DNA of 64,000 nucleotides from Candidatus Berkelbacteria bacterium. GTDB lineage: Bacteria; Patescibacteriota; UBA1384; JACPKC01. Location of the stretch: the NCBI GenBank assembly GCA_016198415.1, contig JACQIO010000016.1, positions 6,084 through 70,083 of the forward strand, in the 5' to 3' direction. Every line of letters begins with the position of its first letter. Position 1 is the stretch's first letter. The notes under the pieces were generated by a model that did not search any database, was not told the DNA's origin, and saw only the letters and a list, made by a program, of their open reading frames with translations. The position numbers and the translations under genes were made by a program. Below are positions 27,201 through 36,546 of this stretch, one piece after another.

Positions 27201-27363
27201 AGCGCCACGATCGGTGTCGGCTGTACCAGCGCGACCAATCATCTCAGCAGAGGACATCCAGGCCCTGAGAGAAGCGGCCGGGGCTGAGCCGGAGGCGGAC
27301 CTCGGCACGCTCACTCCCGGTGAAGAGATCTCGCTTCACGATGACCGGGACGTCACACCCTAG
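24268..27363 (+). CDS. TraD/TrwB/HerA-like ATPase, paralog 2, with a disordered C-terminal tail
   Basis: N-terminal TM; GKTGTGKS; LYVDEFQ; SEARKY; Pro/Arg-rich tail. Confidence 0.85.
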   Translation: MLTIILLLILAVAGWFGWRAFQQWRLARRAEEYAGWLGSQRSIILHVLVPKNNEKTPLAAEQFFAAIHGVFREGADFQEQISFELVSHDTFIHFYLHVPAHLKEFVEGQLYAQYPQIEIQEVEDYLTPLVPSQAMLGAELVQTKDPVYPILTFQNFTVDPLSGITAVLGNLGAGQQLYVQIVIKPVAESWQERGVKFVAAKRLGVPLKKPSGFVQLIGVASRVVVSILQTIFLPSGGGGEGAAEAAPAKEPDKRPELSAPEEAALKGIESKVTKLGYAVRIRLLAVASDPYTARSRIEAISGAFKQFNTNNLNGFRSAIVDQVEPFLHAMKAREFAGDGMILNTEELASLYHLPSVSVETPNMMWAGSKKGEPPANLPVAGRDDESDITFLGMTDFRNNRHKFGIKSKDRGLHMYTIGKTGTGKSTLLLNMVIDDIQKGKGVAVVDPHGQLIQDVLERLPPHRTNDVIYFNPADRDHPIGFNLFESVDPDLRNVVASGILSIFKKLWADSWGPRLEYILRNAILALMYYPDTTLLGINRLLTDPAYERRVIRKVTDPVVRDFFENEYDMYDPKFRREAIAPIQNKVGQFLSSSTIRNILGQPQSSFNMREVMDEGKILLLDLSIGRIGEDNASLLGSMLITKIQLAAMSRADIPEAERRDFYLYVDEFQNFATESFAVILSEARKYHLNLSLTNQYIAQMPEVVAKAIFGNVGTIISFRVGPSDAAGLAKEFEPVFESQDLINLDNYHIYVKMAIDGVTRPAFSSKTLPPMNVQPSRENYEKVVRVSRERYASPRVFVEQKIQDWADDVQVKQAQEWRRKIEEREQGSGGTPGTPPSPAGASQPRPEPRREPEYRNRNDFVKFVDDTKPTPSPAPRSVAPRPPAAPSGQGGRPSSNRDADRSRRSRGGRNRRGPAGSGGQGSGQAPSTGSRPSGPPRTRGPEQGSRPAPAALSPSQPQPAQPPKQEGSAEPIRPNPPPAPRSVSAVPARPIISAEDIQALREAAGAEPEADLGTLTPGEEISLHDDRDVTP

Positions 27364-27557
27364 CACTCCCTCACCCCACTCCCCTGCACTGACCGGGGGA
27401 GAGGGGGAGGAGGCGCACCGTTTTATGTCAGTCGTTCGGCTGCGCCCGATTGTCTCCACGATCACTCACCCGTCGTTTGATCCCGGAGGTGGTGGATGAT
27501 GGGTACGCGATTGGACGTGACGGGTTGCTGGCCGGATCACCGCCCGCCATGCCAGTA

Positions 27558-27585
27558 TTGTCGTACAACTTACATTGTACGACAC
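27558..27585. other. Putative dif (Xer recombination) site
   Basis: TTGTCGTACAA-CTTACA-TTGTACGACAC has 11-6-11 architecture and lies at the switch in gene orientation. Confidence 0.65.
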
Positions 27586-27703
27586 GCCATCAGGTTGGGT
27601 AACGCCTTCCACTGTTGAGGACTCCCCCGCCGCCCCTTCTCCTACTCTGTCAGGTCTCGAGGCTCCAGCATGCGCTCTGTGGCGTTTTCTCTGCTAAGAC
27701 GAC

Positions 27704-28630
27704 TCACGCCCTGTTCGACTTGACCTTTTGCCACACAATCAGGAGCTGGGCCGCCAGGAAGATCGAGCTGTAGACGCCCACGATCACCCCGATGAGCAGG
27801 GCGCTTGTGAAGGCACGGATCGAACTCCCCCCCAGCAGGAGGAGTGTGGTCAGTACCAGTACGAGCGTGAGGGATGTGCTGATCGATCGGACGACCGTCT
27901 GTGCCACCGAGACGTTGACGACGTCCTCAAACGGTGCCGTTGGGTTTCTGAGGAGATTCTCGCGGATCCGATCGTACGTGACAATCGTATCGTGGACGGA
28001 GAAGCCCATGACGGTCAGCATGGCCGTGATGAAGAGCGAGTCGACCTCGTAGCCAAAGAGGTGGCCAAGGAGGGCAAAGGCGCCCACGGTGATCAGGAGG
28101 TCGTGGAGGAGCGCAATCACAGCCGTCACACCAAAGCGCCAGGAGTTGGTGGGGGCAGGGACGCGCCGGAAGGCCCAGGCAATGTAGAGGATGATTGCAC
28201 CCGAGGCCAAGACGATCGCCCAGATGGCCTTGCGGGTCAGATCCTGGCCCACGGTTGGGCCGACGTTCTCAAACCGTAGCTCCTCCCACTCGCCCACCTC
28301 GCTGAGCGTCGTTCGGAGCCGGTCCAGCTCCTCGCTCGACGCTCGGGTTCGGATGAGGAAGCTCGCCTCATCGGTTGGGGCCACGCTCGCGGCTGGGATG
28401 ATCCCCGCTGCCTCGGCCTGGGTGACTCGGTCTCGGAGATTTTCACTGGCCACCGGTGCCAGGTAGCGGAGCTCTAGGAGCTGACCGCCCGTGAAGTCGA
28501 TCCCGATCCGGAGACCGTACCCCCACAGGAGGGCCACGCTCGCCAGGGTCAGGACCAAGGACAAGGTGAACCACATACGCCGCTGTGCCAACCAGCGGAC
28601 AACTTGAGGGTTACTGGAGTTGTTTGGCAT
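27704..28630 (-). CDS. secF: Protein translocase subunit SecF
   Basis: GIDFTGG, ALLHD and GFSVHDTIVTYDRIRE. Confidence 0.95.
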   Translation of the reverse strand: MPNNSSNPQVVRWLAQRRMWFTLSLVLTLASVALLWGYGLRIGIDFTGGQLLELRYLAPVASENLRDRVTQAEAAGIIPAASVAPTDEASFLIRTRASSEELDRLRTTLSEVGEWEELRFENVGPTVGQDLTRKAIWAIVLASGAIILYIAWAFRRVPAPTNSWRFGVTAVIALLHDLLITVGAFALLGHLFGYEVDSLFITAMLTVMGFSVHDTIVTYDRIRENLLRNPTAPFEDVVNVSVAQTVVRSISTSLTLVLVLTTLLLLGGSSIRAFTSALLIGVIVGVYSSIFLAAQLLIVWQKVKSNRA

Positions 28631-29909
28631 AGCGGGCCACTCCGTTGAGATTGAGCCTGAGTAGCGTTCGGCTCACGGTCACGGCCGTGAACATGGAGAC
28701 CAGAATGCCGATGGCGAGCGTGACGGCAAAGCCGCGGACCAGACCGGTCGTTGTGTAGTAGAGAATGGCGGCCGTAATCAGCGAGGAGACGTTCGAGTCC
28801 AAGATGCTCGACCACGCCCGGCGGAACCCGTCTTCAACGGCCTCGGCACTCCCCTTTCCGCCCCGAATCTCCTCACGCATTCGCTCAAAGATAAGGATGT
28901 TGGCGTCGACGGCCATGCCAATCGAGAGGATGAAGCCGGCAATGCCTGCCAGGGTGAGCGTGACGGGAATGATCTCAAAGAGCGCCAGGGTAATGATCCC
29001 GTAGATCATGAGGGCCATCGTGGCCAGGAATCCCGGCAGGCGGTAGTAGAGGATCATGTAGAGCGCCACCAGTAAGAGACCAACGACGCCGGCCAGGAGG
29101 CTCTCTTGGACCGAGAGTGCTCCGAGCGTCGCCCCGATCGTCCGTTCTTCCACCAGCTCAACGGGCACGGGCAGGGCGCCGGCGTTCAACTGGATGGCCA
29201 GCTCCTTGGCCTCGTCGATGCTGAAGCCGCCACTAATGATCGCGGTCCCATCGGTGATCTCGCTCTGGACCGTTGGAGCCGTGATCAGTTCCTCGTCTAG
29301 GAAGACCGCGATCGGCTGACCAAGGTGGGACTCAGTCAAGGCGCGGAACTTCTCACGGCCGTCGGCGTTGAAGTCGAGCTGGACCACGGGCGAGCTCCCC
29401 AGCCCCAGGCTCCCGGTTGCCCCGGATTGATCAAAGCTGACGCTGGCTCGCGTCAGGTCGGCGCCGGTCAGATCCGTTGGGGCAAAGCTCCCCACAAACG
29501 TTGCTCGGATGCCCTCGTCACCCTCCAGGGCCGGCTGCCAGAACTCAAGCCGGGCCGTCCGGCCAATTAGAGACTTTGCCTCACCAACGTCTTGGACCCC
29601 CGGTAGCTCCACCAAAATGGCCTCTCGCTCCCCCACTCGGCTGGTCTGAATGACCGGTTCGGCCACGCCCAGGGCATCGACGCGGCGGCGAATCGCTTCC
29701 TGAACGCCGGCGATCGCATCGTCCTGTTCGTTCGGCTCGACCGTCGCCAAATCAAGCTCGTAGACCAGCTGCGTCCCCCCTTGGAGATCCAAACCCGGGT
29801 GGAGGCGGACGCCCTTCACAAACCACACGTCCGTTGGCCACGCGAACATACCGGCCACGACCGTGAGAAGTGCAATCAACCAGAATGTCCACCACGTGCG
29901 TCGGCGCAT
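28611..29909 (-). CDS. secD: Protein translocase subunit SecD
   Basis: GLDLQGG, LNAGALP and GMAVDANILIFERMREE. Confidence 0.95.
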   Translation of the reverse strand: MRRRTWWTFWLIALLTVVAGMFAWPTDVWFVKGVRLHPGLDLQGGTQLVYELDLATVEPNEQDDAIAGVQEAIRRRVDALGVAEPVIQTSRVGEREAILVELPGVQDVGEAKSLIGRTARLEFWQPALEGDEGIRATFVGSFAPTDLTGADLTRASVSFDQSGATGSLGLGSSPVVQLDFNADGREKFRALTESHLGQPIAVFLDEELITAPTVQSEITDGTAIISGGFSIDEAKELAIQLNAGALPVPVELVEERTIGATLGALSVQESLLAGVVGLLLVALYMILYYRLPGFLATMALMIYGIITLALFEIIPVTLTLAGIAGFILSIGMAVDANILIFERMREEIRGGKGSAEAVEDGFRRAWSSILDSNVSSLITAAILYYTTTGLVRGFAVTLAIGILVSMFTAVTVSRTLLRLNLNGVARYAKQLQ

Positions 29910-29916
29910 CGTGCTC

Positions 29917-30999
29917 CTAGAGGTACTGCCGGAGCCCTTCATTGGTGAGGAGCTCGACGACCTTCTTGACCTCTTGCGATCGTTCTTTTGGAGTGACCAG
30001 GAGGGCGTCGGGGGTGTCAACAATCACCAGCCCGGAGACGCCAATCGTCGCGATCAGCTTCTCAGGAGGACCGTACACGAGCGTATTCTGTGTATCAATC
30101 CCCCGCCAGTGTGCCTTGACGAGATTGCCGTGCTCGTCGGCTTGCTCAGCGAGCTGCTCGGAGAGCATATGCCAATCTCCCAGATCAGCCCAGCCAAAGT
30201 CGCCGCGGACGGTCCGGACCTCGCTTGAGTCCATCTTCTCAATCACCGCGTAGTCAATCGATTTCGCTTCCATCCTGGCGAACGCAGCGTGCAGTGCGTC
30301 TTCGTTCTTCTTCTCGAGTGCGTCGATGATCGCTGGCAACTGGCGACCGATGGATGGTGCAAACCGTTCGTAGGCGTCCATAAAGCGTTGTGGCGTCCAC
30401 AGGAAGTAGCCACCGTTCCAGAGGTAGTTGCCCTCAGCGAGAAACTGCTTGGCGGTCTTGGCGTCTGGTTTCTCGCGCTGGCCTTCGAAGGCGAAGACGT
30501 GGACTCCGCCACGCGTTTCGAGTTCCTCGCCGACCTTGAGGTAGCCGAGGTTTGTGTTTGGGAACGTTGGCGGCAGGCCAATGTTGACCATCACGCCGAG
30601 CTCACGGACTAGCGCCTCGCCGACCGAGAACGTTGCCCGATACATCGCCGGATTCTTGATGTGGTGGTCAGCCGGCATGAGGATCATCGGCTCGTCAGCG
30701 CCGACCCGTGACATCCAGGCGGCGACGAACGCCATGGCCGGGCCGGTATCACGCCGTTCCGGCTCGATGATGTAGTGGTCCTTGGGGACCTTCGGTAGGA
30801 GGCGGTGGACGACTGGCGCAAACGGGCCGATCGTCGAGATGTACGTGTTCGCTGGGGTCGCGAGTCCGTCGAGCCGCTTGACCGTTTCCTCGAGCATGGT
30901 GAGCTCAGTGACGAGCTGGGCAAACTGCTTTGGCTGCGTGAACCGGCTCCGTGGCCAGAGTCGCGTCCCCGATCCCCCGCACATGATGACGTAGTTCAT
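29917..30999 (-). CDS. manC: Mannose-1-phosphate guanylyltransferase
   Basis: GGSGTRLWPRSR..PKQF, PADH, EKP and WADLGDW. Confidence 0.85.
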   Translation of the reverse strand: MNYVIMCGGSGTRLWPRSRFTQPKQFAQLVTELTMLEETVKRLDGLATPANTYISTIGPFAPVVHRLLPKVPKDHYIIEPERRDTGPAMAFVAAWMSRVGADEPMILMPADHHIKNPAMYRATFSVGEALVRELGVMVNIGLPPTFPNTNLGYLKVGEELETRGGVHVFAFEGQREKPDAKTAKQFLAEGNYLWNGGYFLWTPQRFMDAYERFAPSIGRQLPAIIDALEKKNEDALHAAFARMEAKSIDYAVIEKMDSSEVRTVRGDFGWADLGDWHMLSEQLAEQADEHGNLVKAHWRGIDTQNTLVYGPPEKLIATIGVSGLVIVDTPDALLVTPKERSQEVKKVVELLTNEGLRQYL

Positions 31000-31613
31000 G
31001 CTCCTCCCTGTGTTCCGGGTACGCTACCAGAAGCCGAGTGCCGTCGCAAACCAAGGTGGTGCTCGATGATCTGGGCGACCTCCTCGACCGCCTCATCGAG
31101 CTTCCCTGCTCGGTTGATCACGGTCGCTTCACAGACGTCTTGCTGCTCCATTTCACGCTGAGCAATCGCGAGCCGCCCCGCGATGTCTTGCTCCGTCATC
31201 ATTGGTCGGGTCCGACGCAGCCGATCCGGCATGTCGCCGAGCGACTCGTAGGCAATGAAGATGGCCAGCGTGCCGGGAAAAGTACGCTTGTAGCTGACCA
31301 CGCCGCGGACGTCGATCGCTGAACGTGGCACTGGGTACTGGCCCCGATCCAAGATCTCCCGGAGGTGGCGGATTTGGGTGCCGTAGCGGTGGTGGTCGAA
31401 CTCCTCCCACTCTAGGAACGCCCCAGCCTCAATGAGGCGCGTGAACGCCTCTTCACTGACAAAGTGATACTTATCCTCGCCTGGCGTCCGTTGCGGGCGG
31501 GTTGTCGTCGTCTTGTAGAACTCAAGGTTCGGAAACATCGGGACGATGCGATCAATGATGACGTTCTTCCCTACTCCAGAGGGTCCAACGACGAGAACTG
31601 GTACGGGTTTCAT
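30996..31613 (-). CDS. gmk: Guanylate kinase
   Basis: GPSGVGK, TTRPQR, YHFVS and FLEW...YGT. Confidence 0.88.
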   Translation of the reverse strand: MKPVPVLVVGPSGVGKNVIIDRIVPMFPNLEFYKTTTTRPQRTPGEDKYHFVSEEAFTRLIEAGAFLEWEEFDHHRYGTQIRHLREILDRGQYPVPRSAIDVRGVVSYKRTFPGTLAIFIAYESLGDMPDRLRRTRPMMTEQDIAGRLAIAQREMEQQDVCEATVINRAGKLDEAVEEVAQIIEHHLGLRRHSASGSVPGTQGGA

Positions 31614-31720
31614 GTGGCGAGTATATCGAACTCACGGCGAATGGCACCCTTTCGTATGTGTTCCCCGGTATCCACTTCGGGAGTTGATACCCCGAGACAC
31701 ATCGGGAGATGGCAGTGCAT

Positions 31721-32509
31721 TTAGCCTTGAAGTGAGTCGAAGACGTGTTGGAGGTCGGGTGCCAGGGGGCTCTTCATCACGACGCGCTCTTGGCGGAGTG
31801 GGTCGGTAAACGTGAGCGATGTCGCGTGGAGGAACTGGCGATCGAGGCCAAGGGATTTGCTCACTTCCCTGCTCTCCTTGGTGCTGTACATTGGGTCGCC
31901 GATGATCGGGGTGCCTGCGTCGAGGAGCTGAACGCGCAGCTGGTGGGTCCGGCCCGTCTTGGGCCGAAGCTCCAGCCAACACAGGCGCGTGCCTACTTCT
32001 TGGTTCAACCCTAAGGGTCGAACCAAGAACCGATCGATCACATGGAAGTCGGTTTCGGCGGGTTTCGGCGTGCGCTTCTCCCAAGAAAACGAGAGGTGTT
32101 TCACGCCCTGTCGTGTGTCCTCCCCCACTCTCCCGATCGACCCACGGAGTGTCCCACGTTCGCCTGGATCGCCCAGGACGAGGGCTTGGTAGACCTTCTC
32201 AACCGTCCGCGCTCGGAACTGATCCTGGAGTGCTGTCAGCGTCTCTGGATCCTTGGCCACCAGGATGATGCCGGAGGTATCAGTATCGAGTCGGTGAACA
32301 ATCCCTGGTCGTAGATCGTCTGAGGAGAAGTTCCTTGTGATCTCCGGTACGTTCGCCCTCAGCCAGTTGGCCAGCGTCTCTCCCGCGTGCTTTGCGCCGG
32401 GGGCAGGATCGCGTCCTACCATCGCCTCGGGCGAGGGCGGATGGACAACCAGGCCGGGCGGTTTCTCAAGCGCCAACCAGCGTGCTGTCTCGTGAAGAAT
32501 CCGAATCAA
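31721..32509 (-). CDS. RluA/RluD-family pseudouridine synthase
   Basis: KPPGLVVHP, HRLDTDTSG, TGRTHQLR and GDPMY. Confidence 0.9.
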   Translation of the reverse strand: MIRILHETARWLALEKPPGLVVHPPSPEAMVGRDPAPGAKHAGETLANWLRANVPEITRNFSSDDLRPGIVHRLDTDTSGIILVAKDPETLTALQDQFRARTVEKVYQALVLGDPGERGTLRGSIGRVGEDTRQGVKHLSFSWEKRTPKPAETDFHVIDRFLVRPLGLNQEVGTRLCWLELRPKTGRTHQLRVQLLDAGTPIIGDPMYSTKESREVSKSLGLDRQFLHATSLTFTDPLRQERVVMKSPLAPDLQHVFDSLQG

Positions 32510-32528
32510 TTGAGAGCCTCACTGCCAA

Positions 32529-33563
32529 CTACTGAGCGTCTGGTTCCGGTACCGGTGGCCTGAGGGTCGGTTGACTCTCCCCGACTGCAAGTCCCTCAGC
32601 GGTGTCTGGGGCGTCGAGTTGCAAGACCCGATCAACCTTTTCTGCCAGACGGATGTAGTCTGACTGGACAGAGTCAGAGACATTCTTTGCGTTCGTGATA
32701 TGTTTCCCCAAAACCCGCACGCCGTCGCCGAACTTGTGGGTTTCCTGCTGAATGGCCCGGACCGTGGTCAGGACCTGGTGGGCCATGCGGTTCAGACGCT
32801 GGCCCTCTAGGCCAACCATGATGGTGCGCAGGTAGTAGAAGAACGTAGCGGGACTGGTCACAATCACCTTCTCGGCTGCTGCATGATCGTAGAGATCGCG
32901 GAACTTGTCGTTGGTCACCAGCTCGTAGTAGACGGACTCGCTCGGCACGTACATGACGGCAAAGTCAACGGTGCCTTCGTCTGGGAGGAGGTACTTCTTG
33001 CTGATCTCATTGACCCGTCCACGGAAGTCTCGTCTGAAGGCGTTGGCGTAGTTGGTCTTCTCACGTTCGTCTGAAGACTGAAGGTAGCGGTTGAAGTTCT
33101 CCAGCGGGAACTTGGCGTCAATTGGCACAATGCCAGCCTGAAGCTTGATGGCGGCATCGACGATATCGCCGGTCGTAAACCGGTACTGGAAACGAAGCAT
33201 CTCGGCCGGCAGGGCTTGAGCGAGCATGTCCTTGAGTCCCTGCTCACCCAGTCCTCCGCGGAGCTTCGGTGACTTGAGGAAGTCCTGGAACTGCGTCAGT
33301 TGCGTCCCAATCTGGCTCATGGTGCCGAGTTCGCGGTGGACTTGTCCCACCACCGTGGCTGCTCGGTCAAGTCGTTCATTGATGGCCTTGGTTGTGGCGT
33401 CAATCCGCTCTTGCATCCCTTGGATGTTTTGATTGAGCAGGACGGCGGACTGATCATTAGCGCGGGACTGCTCAATCTCGCGCAAGCGCCGCAGGACAAT
33501 CGCAAAGCCTACGCCGAGTCCGACGGCGAGGAGAACGAGTCCAACAATCAGAATGAGTTCCAT
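32529..33563 (-). CDS. rmuC: DNA recombination protein RmuC
   Basis: N-terminal TM, coiled coil, PKLRGGLGE, IDAKFP and DFAVMYVPSE. Confidence 0.88.
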   Translation of the reverse strand: MELILIVGLVLLAVGLGVGFAIVLRRLREIEQSRANDQSAVLLNQNIQGMQERIDATTKAINERLDRAATVVGQVHRELGTMSQIGTQLTQFQDFLKSPKLRGGLGEQGLKDMLAQALPAEMLRFQYRFTTGDIVDAAIKLQAGIVPIDAKFPLENFNRYLQSSDEREKTNYANAFRRDFRGRVNEISKKYLLPDEGTVDFAVMYVPSESVYYELVTNDKFRDLYDHAAAEKVIVTSPATFFYYLRTIMVGLEGQRLNRMAHQVLTTVRAIQQETHKFGDGVRVLGKHITNAKNVSDSVQSDYIRLAEKVDRVLQLDAPDTAEGLAVGESQPTLRPPVPEPDAQ

Positions 33564-33595
33564 ACCCCGCATTATCAATCATTCATCATGAATCA

Positions 33596-36517
33596 TCAAT
33601 CATAGTCCCGGAAGGGATTGTTTGGATTCGGATCAAACTTTCCTGCCTTGATCGCTTCAACGGTCTCGACGATGAGTTGTCGAGTTGACTCCATCAAAGG
33701 CTCGTCGGGTTCGATCACACCCTCCAGATCGTGCTCGACAAAGTCCAGGACCACGCGCTTGGGCATGTGGCCAAACTGCTGCTGGTAGGCAAGAGCATAG
33801 ATCCGAATGGGGACGTTCTCCCTAGCCTTCTTGGTTGCTTCCTTCTGATCAGTGACGTGACTGGTCTTGAAATCGCGGATCTCATCACGGCTGGTGAAGA
33901 TGGCGTCCATGCGACCACTGATCCTTGTGCCCGGCAGACCGAGCTTGAAGCTGTGCTCCACCAGCTCGGGGACGGCCTGCGTGTGAGCTCGCTTCACGAA
34001 TCGTTGGAGCGTCTCTTGGCCGTGCTCAAACTGTCGGTTCTCGTCCGCCTTTGACTCAAAGCCTTCGCTCTTCCATGCCTCGCTGTAGCGGCGGAGCACG
34101 TCGTCGAGAGTCGGGCTCTTCCCCTCTTTCCGGAATCTGTGGTAGGCCTCGATGGCCGAGTGAATCGCGTTTCCATAGACCAAGTGACGACTCGGCTCCT
34201 GCGGCGCCTTGAGGACGTAGCGCCAGTAGAACTGGTAGGGATCCTGCTGGTAGCACTCGATCGCGGCTGGTGAGAGGAACAGGAGGCCATCGTAGGTGGG
34301 CAGCTGAATCGTTGGCTTGACCGGCAGACTCGGTGCAAACTCGTGCAGGCGAGCCATTGGTTCCACCACGGAGAGTGGCTCGGGGGCCTGCGTCAGTTCG
34401 AGCGCCTCGAGGACAAACGGACTGATCTTGCCCGCCCGCGTTCCACTGCCAGAGCGTTCGGCGCCAGAGAGAATGAGCTGCTGCTTGGCCCGGGTCATTG
34501 CCACGTACATCAGGCGCCGCTCCTCTGCGAGGTGCCCGTCACCCGTCGGCAGCTCTTCGGCGATCAGTTGGCCCGGCAGCTCGATGGGATCGCGTCGGCG
34601 CCGGGCCGGGAATCGGCTGTTGGTCAAGCTCGGGAGGAAGATCGTATCAAACTCTAGCCCCTTGGCCGCGTGGACGGTCATCACCTGCACCGCCGGAGTA
34701 TCCGGGCCAAGGCTGACGCTCGGCGGTACCACCGATCCCAGGAGTTCGTCGAGCTGGTCAACAAACGCGAAGGCAAAGGGATCGCGGCCCGCATCGAGAT
34801 AGCTCTTGATGGCCTCAAAAACGGCGGCAATGTTCTGAATCATGACCAATCGATCGGGCTCGGGGGCCTCGAGAAAGAGCGACCGTTGCGTGCCACTGTC
34901 CGCCTGGTCCAGGGTGAGTACCCCGCGCTCGCGCAAAAACTGGTAGAGAATCTCACCCGGGTTCTTGGTGCCGATCATGGCTCGGTAGCGGACAAGATCG
35001 TCGCGAAAGGCCTCAATTGCTGCCTGGCCTGACTCAGGCACTCGTTGCCACGCGACCGAATGAGGATCATGGAGCACGTCGTGGATACCCCGATTGCCTC
35101 GTCGCGAGGCATCGTTGAAAGGCAGGATCCACTCTGGCTCGAGGTGGTAGTAGGGACTGAGTGCCAACTTGAGGTGGGCGAGGGAATCATCGGTCCGGGT
35201 CAGACACTTGAGGAAGGCGACGATCCCGCGGATCTCCGGCCGAGCCGTGAAGCCCTGATCCTTGCTGGTTCGGTACGGGAGCCCAGCGGTAGTGAGGGCT
35301 GAGGTGACTGAGCTGATCAGGGAGTTGGAACGAACCAAGATGGCGATGTCCTGGAGCGGCACCTGCATTGATCGCTGTTGGATCTCAGTGGCGAGGGCGG
35401 CGAGTTCGTCGGCCTCATGAACGTACCACCGGAACACGGGTTGACTCCCCGGCTCCTGCCCGTGGAGTCGTTTCTGGATGTCGAGTTTACTCTCTAAGCG
35501 ATCGGGATCATTGTGACGGATCAGCCGGTAGGCGCTGTCAAGAATCGACTGCGTCGAGCGATAGTTCTCCGTCAGGACCACCTGCGCAGCCTTTGGAAAG
35601 TCCTTGATGAAGCCCAGGATGTTTGAGACGGCCGCTCCACGGAACTTGTAGATGGCTTGGTCATCATCGCCAACGACCGTGAGATTCCGAGACGGTCCGA
35701 GAAGCCGCTTGACCAATTGGTACTGGGCGATGTTCGTATCTTGGAACTCATCAACAAGGACGAACGAGAACTGTTGCTGCAGCCGCGCCCGGATGGTCGG
35801 ATGGGCATCGAGGAATGTCACCAAGCGCAGGATCTGGTCGCCAAAGTCGATGACGCCTTTCTCGGCCTTGAACTCCTCATACGCCGCATAGATGGTGGCA
35901 ACGTCCAGCTGGCGCCGTGCTTCCTGAACTTCATCCTCATTGCTGGCCTGTGCCAGGAGTTGCTCGGCAACAACCCGGTACCGGGCCGGTGTTACCAGCT
36001 CATCTTTGGCCCGTGAAATGACGGTCAAGATCGGCTGGATGAATTTGCGTGGATTGCCCAGTGGCCGAAGCTCTGCTAGGCCCTCGATCGCATCGAATCG
36101 ATCAGCCAGGAAGATGGCCTGCTCGTTCGCCCCCAAGACCGAGAACTCAGGTGGCAAGCCGAGGTCGAGCGCGTACTCACGTAGGAGCTGATCGCCAAAG
36201 GCATGAAAGGTGGCAACGGTGGCGCCGGTCTGGCCGTACGGTAGGAGCTGGTCAACCCGAGCTTCCATCTCCCCTGCCGCCTTCTCCGTGAAGGTTAGTG
36301 CCAAGATCTCACTTGGCTTGGCTAGGCCTTCAGCAACTAGCCAGGCCACCCGGTGCGTCAGGACCTTGGTCTTGCCGGTGCCGGCTCCCGCCACCACTAA
36401 CAGAGGTCCTGTGCCATGGGTGACGGCCCGGCGTTGGGCGGCGTTCAGGCTCTCTAGGAGGGTGTCCGTCGGCTGAGTCGGGACCGACGGTGTGGTTGGA
36501 GATCGAGGCTTGACCAT
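33596..36517 (-). CDS. UvrD/PcrA-family helicase fused to a C-terminal PD-(D/E)XK nuclease
   Basis: AGAGTGKT, VDEFQD, GDDDQAIYKFRGA, TVHAAKGLEF and YVAMTRA; C-terminal GRMD...DFKT. Confidence 0.9.
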   Translation of the reverse strand: MVKPRSPTTPSVPTQPTDTLLESLNAAQRRAVTHGTGPLLVVAGAGTGKTKVLTHRVAWLVAEGLAKPSEILALTFTEKAAGEMEARVDQLLPYGQTGATVATFHAFGDQLLREYALDLGLPPEFSVLGANEQAIFLADRFDAIEGLAELRPLGNPRKFIQPILTVISRAKDELVTPARYRVVAEQLLAQASNEDEVQEARRQLDVATIYAAYEEFKAEKGVIDFGDQILRLVTFLDAHPTIRARLQQQFSFVLVDEFQDTNIAQYQLVKRLLGPSRNLTVVGDDDQAIYKFRGAAVSNILGFIKDFPKAAQVVLTENYRSTQSILDSAYRLIRHNDPDRLESKLDIQKRLHGQEPGSQPVFRWYVHEADELAALATEIQQRSMQVPLQDIAILVRSNSLISSVTSALTTAGLPYRTSKDQGFTARPEIRGIVAFLKCLTRTDDSLAHLKLALSPYYHLEPEWILPFNDASRRGNRGIHDVLHDPHSVAWQRVPESGQAAIEAFRDDLVRYRAMIGTKNPGEILYQFLRERGVLTLDQADSGTQRSLFLEAPEPDRLVMIQNIAAVFEAIKSYLDAGRDPFAFAFVDQLDELLGSVVPPSVSLGPDTPAVQVMTVHAAKGLEFDTIFLPSLTNSRFPARRRRDPIELPGQLIAEELPTGDGHLAEERRLMYVAMTRAKQQLILSGAERSGSGTRAGKISPFVLEALELTQAPEPLSVVEPMARLHEFAPSLPVKPTIQLPTYDGLLFLSPAAIECYQQDPYQFYWRYVLKAPQEPSRHLVYGNAIHSAIEAYHRFRKEGKSPTLDDVLRRYSEAWKSEGFESKADENRQFEHGQETLQRFVKRAHTQAVPELVEHSFKLGLPGTRISGRMDAIFTSRDEIRDFKTSHVTDQKEATKKARENVPIRIYALAYQQQFGHMPKRVVLDFVEHDLEGVIEPDEPLMESTRQLIVETVEAIKAGKFDPNPNNPFRDYD

Positions 36518-36546
36518 GCTCCAACTGTACCAGACCGAGCGGAGCC

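Noticed and set aside
21781-27363. Conjugative element (ICE)
   Set aside because: No relaxase, VirB-like genes, integrase or att repeats; flanked by housekeeping genes
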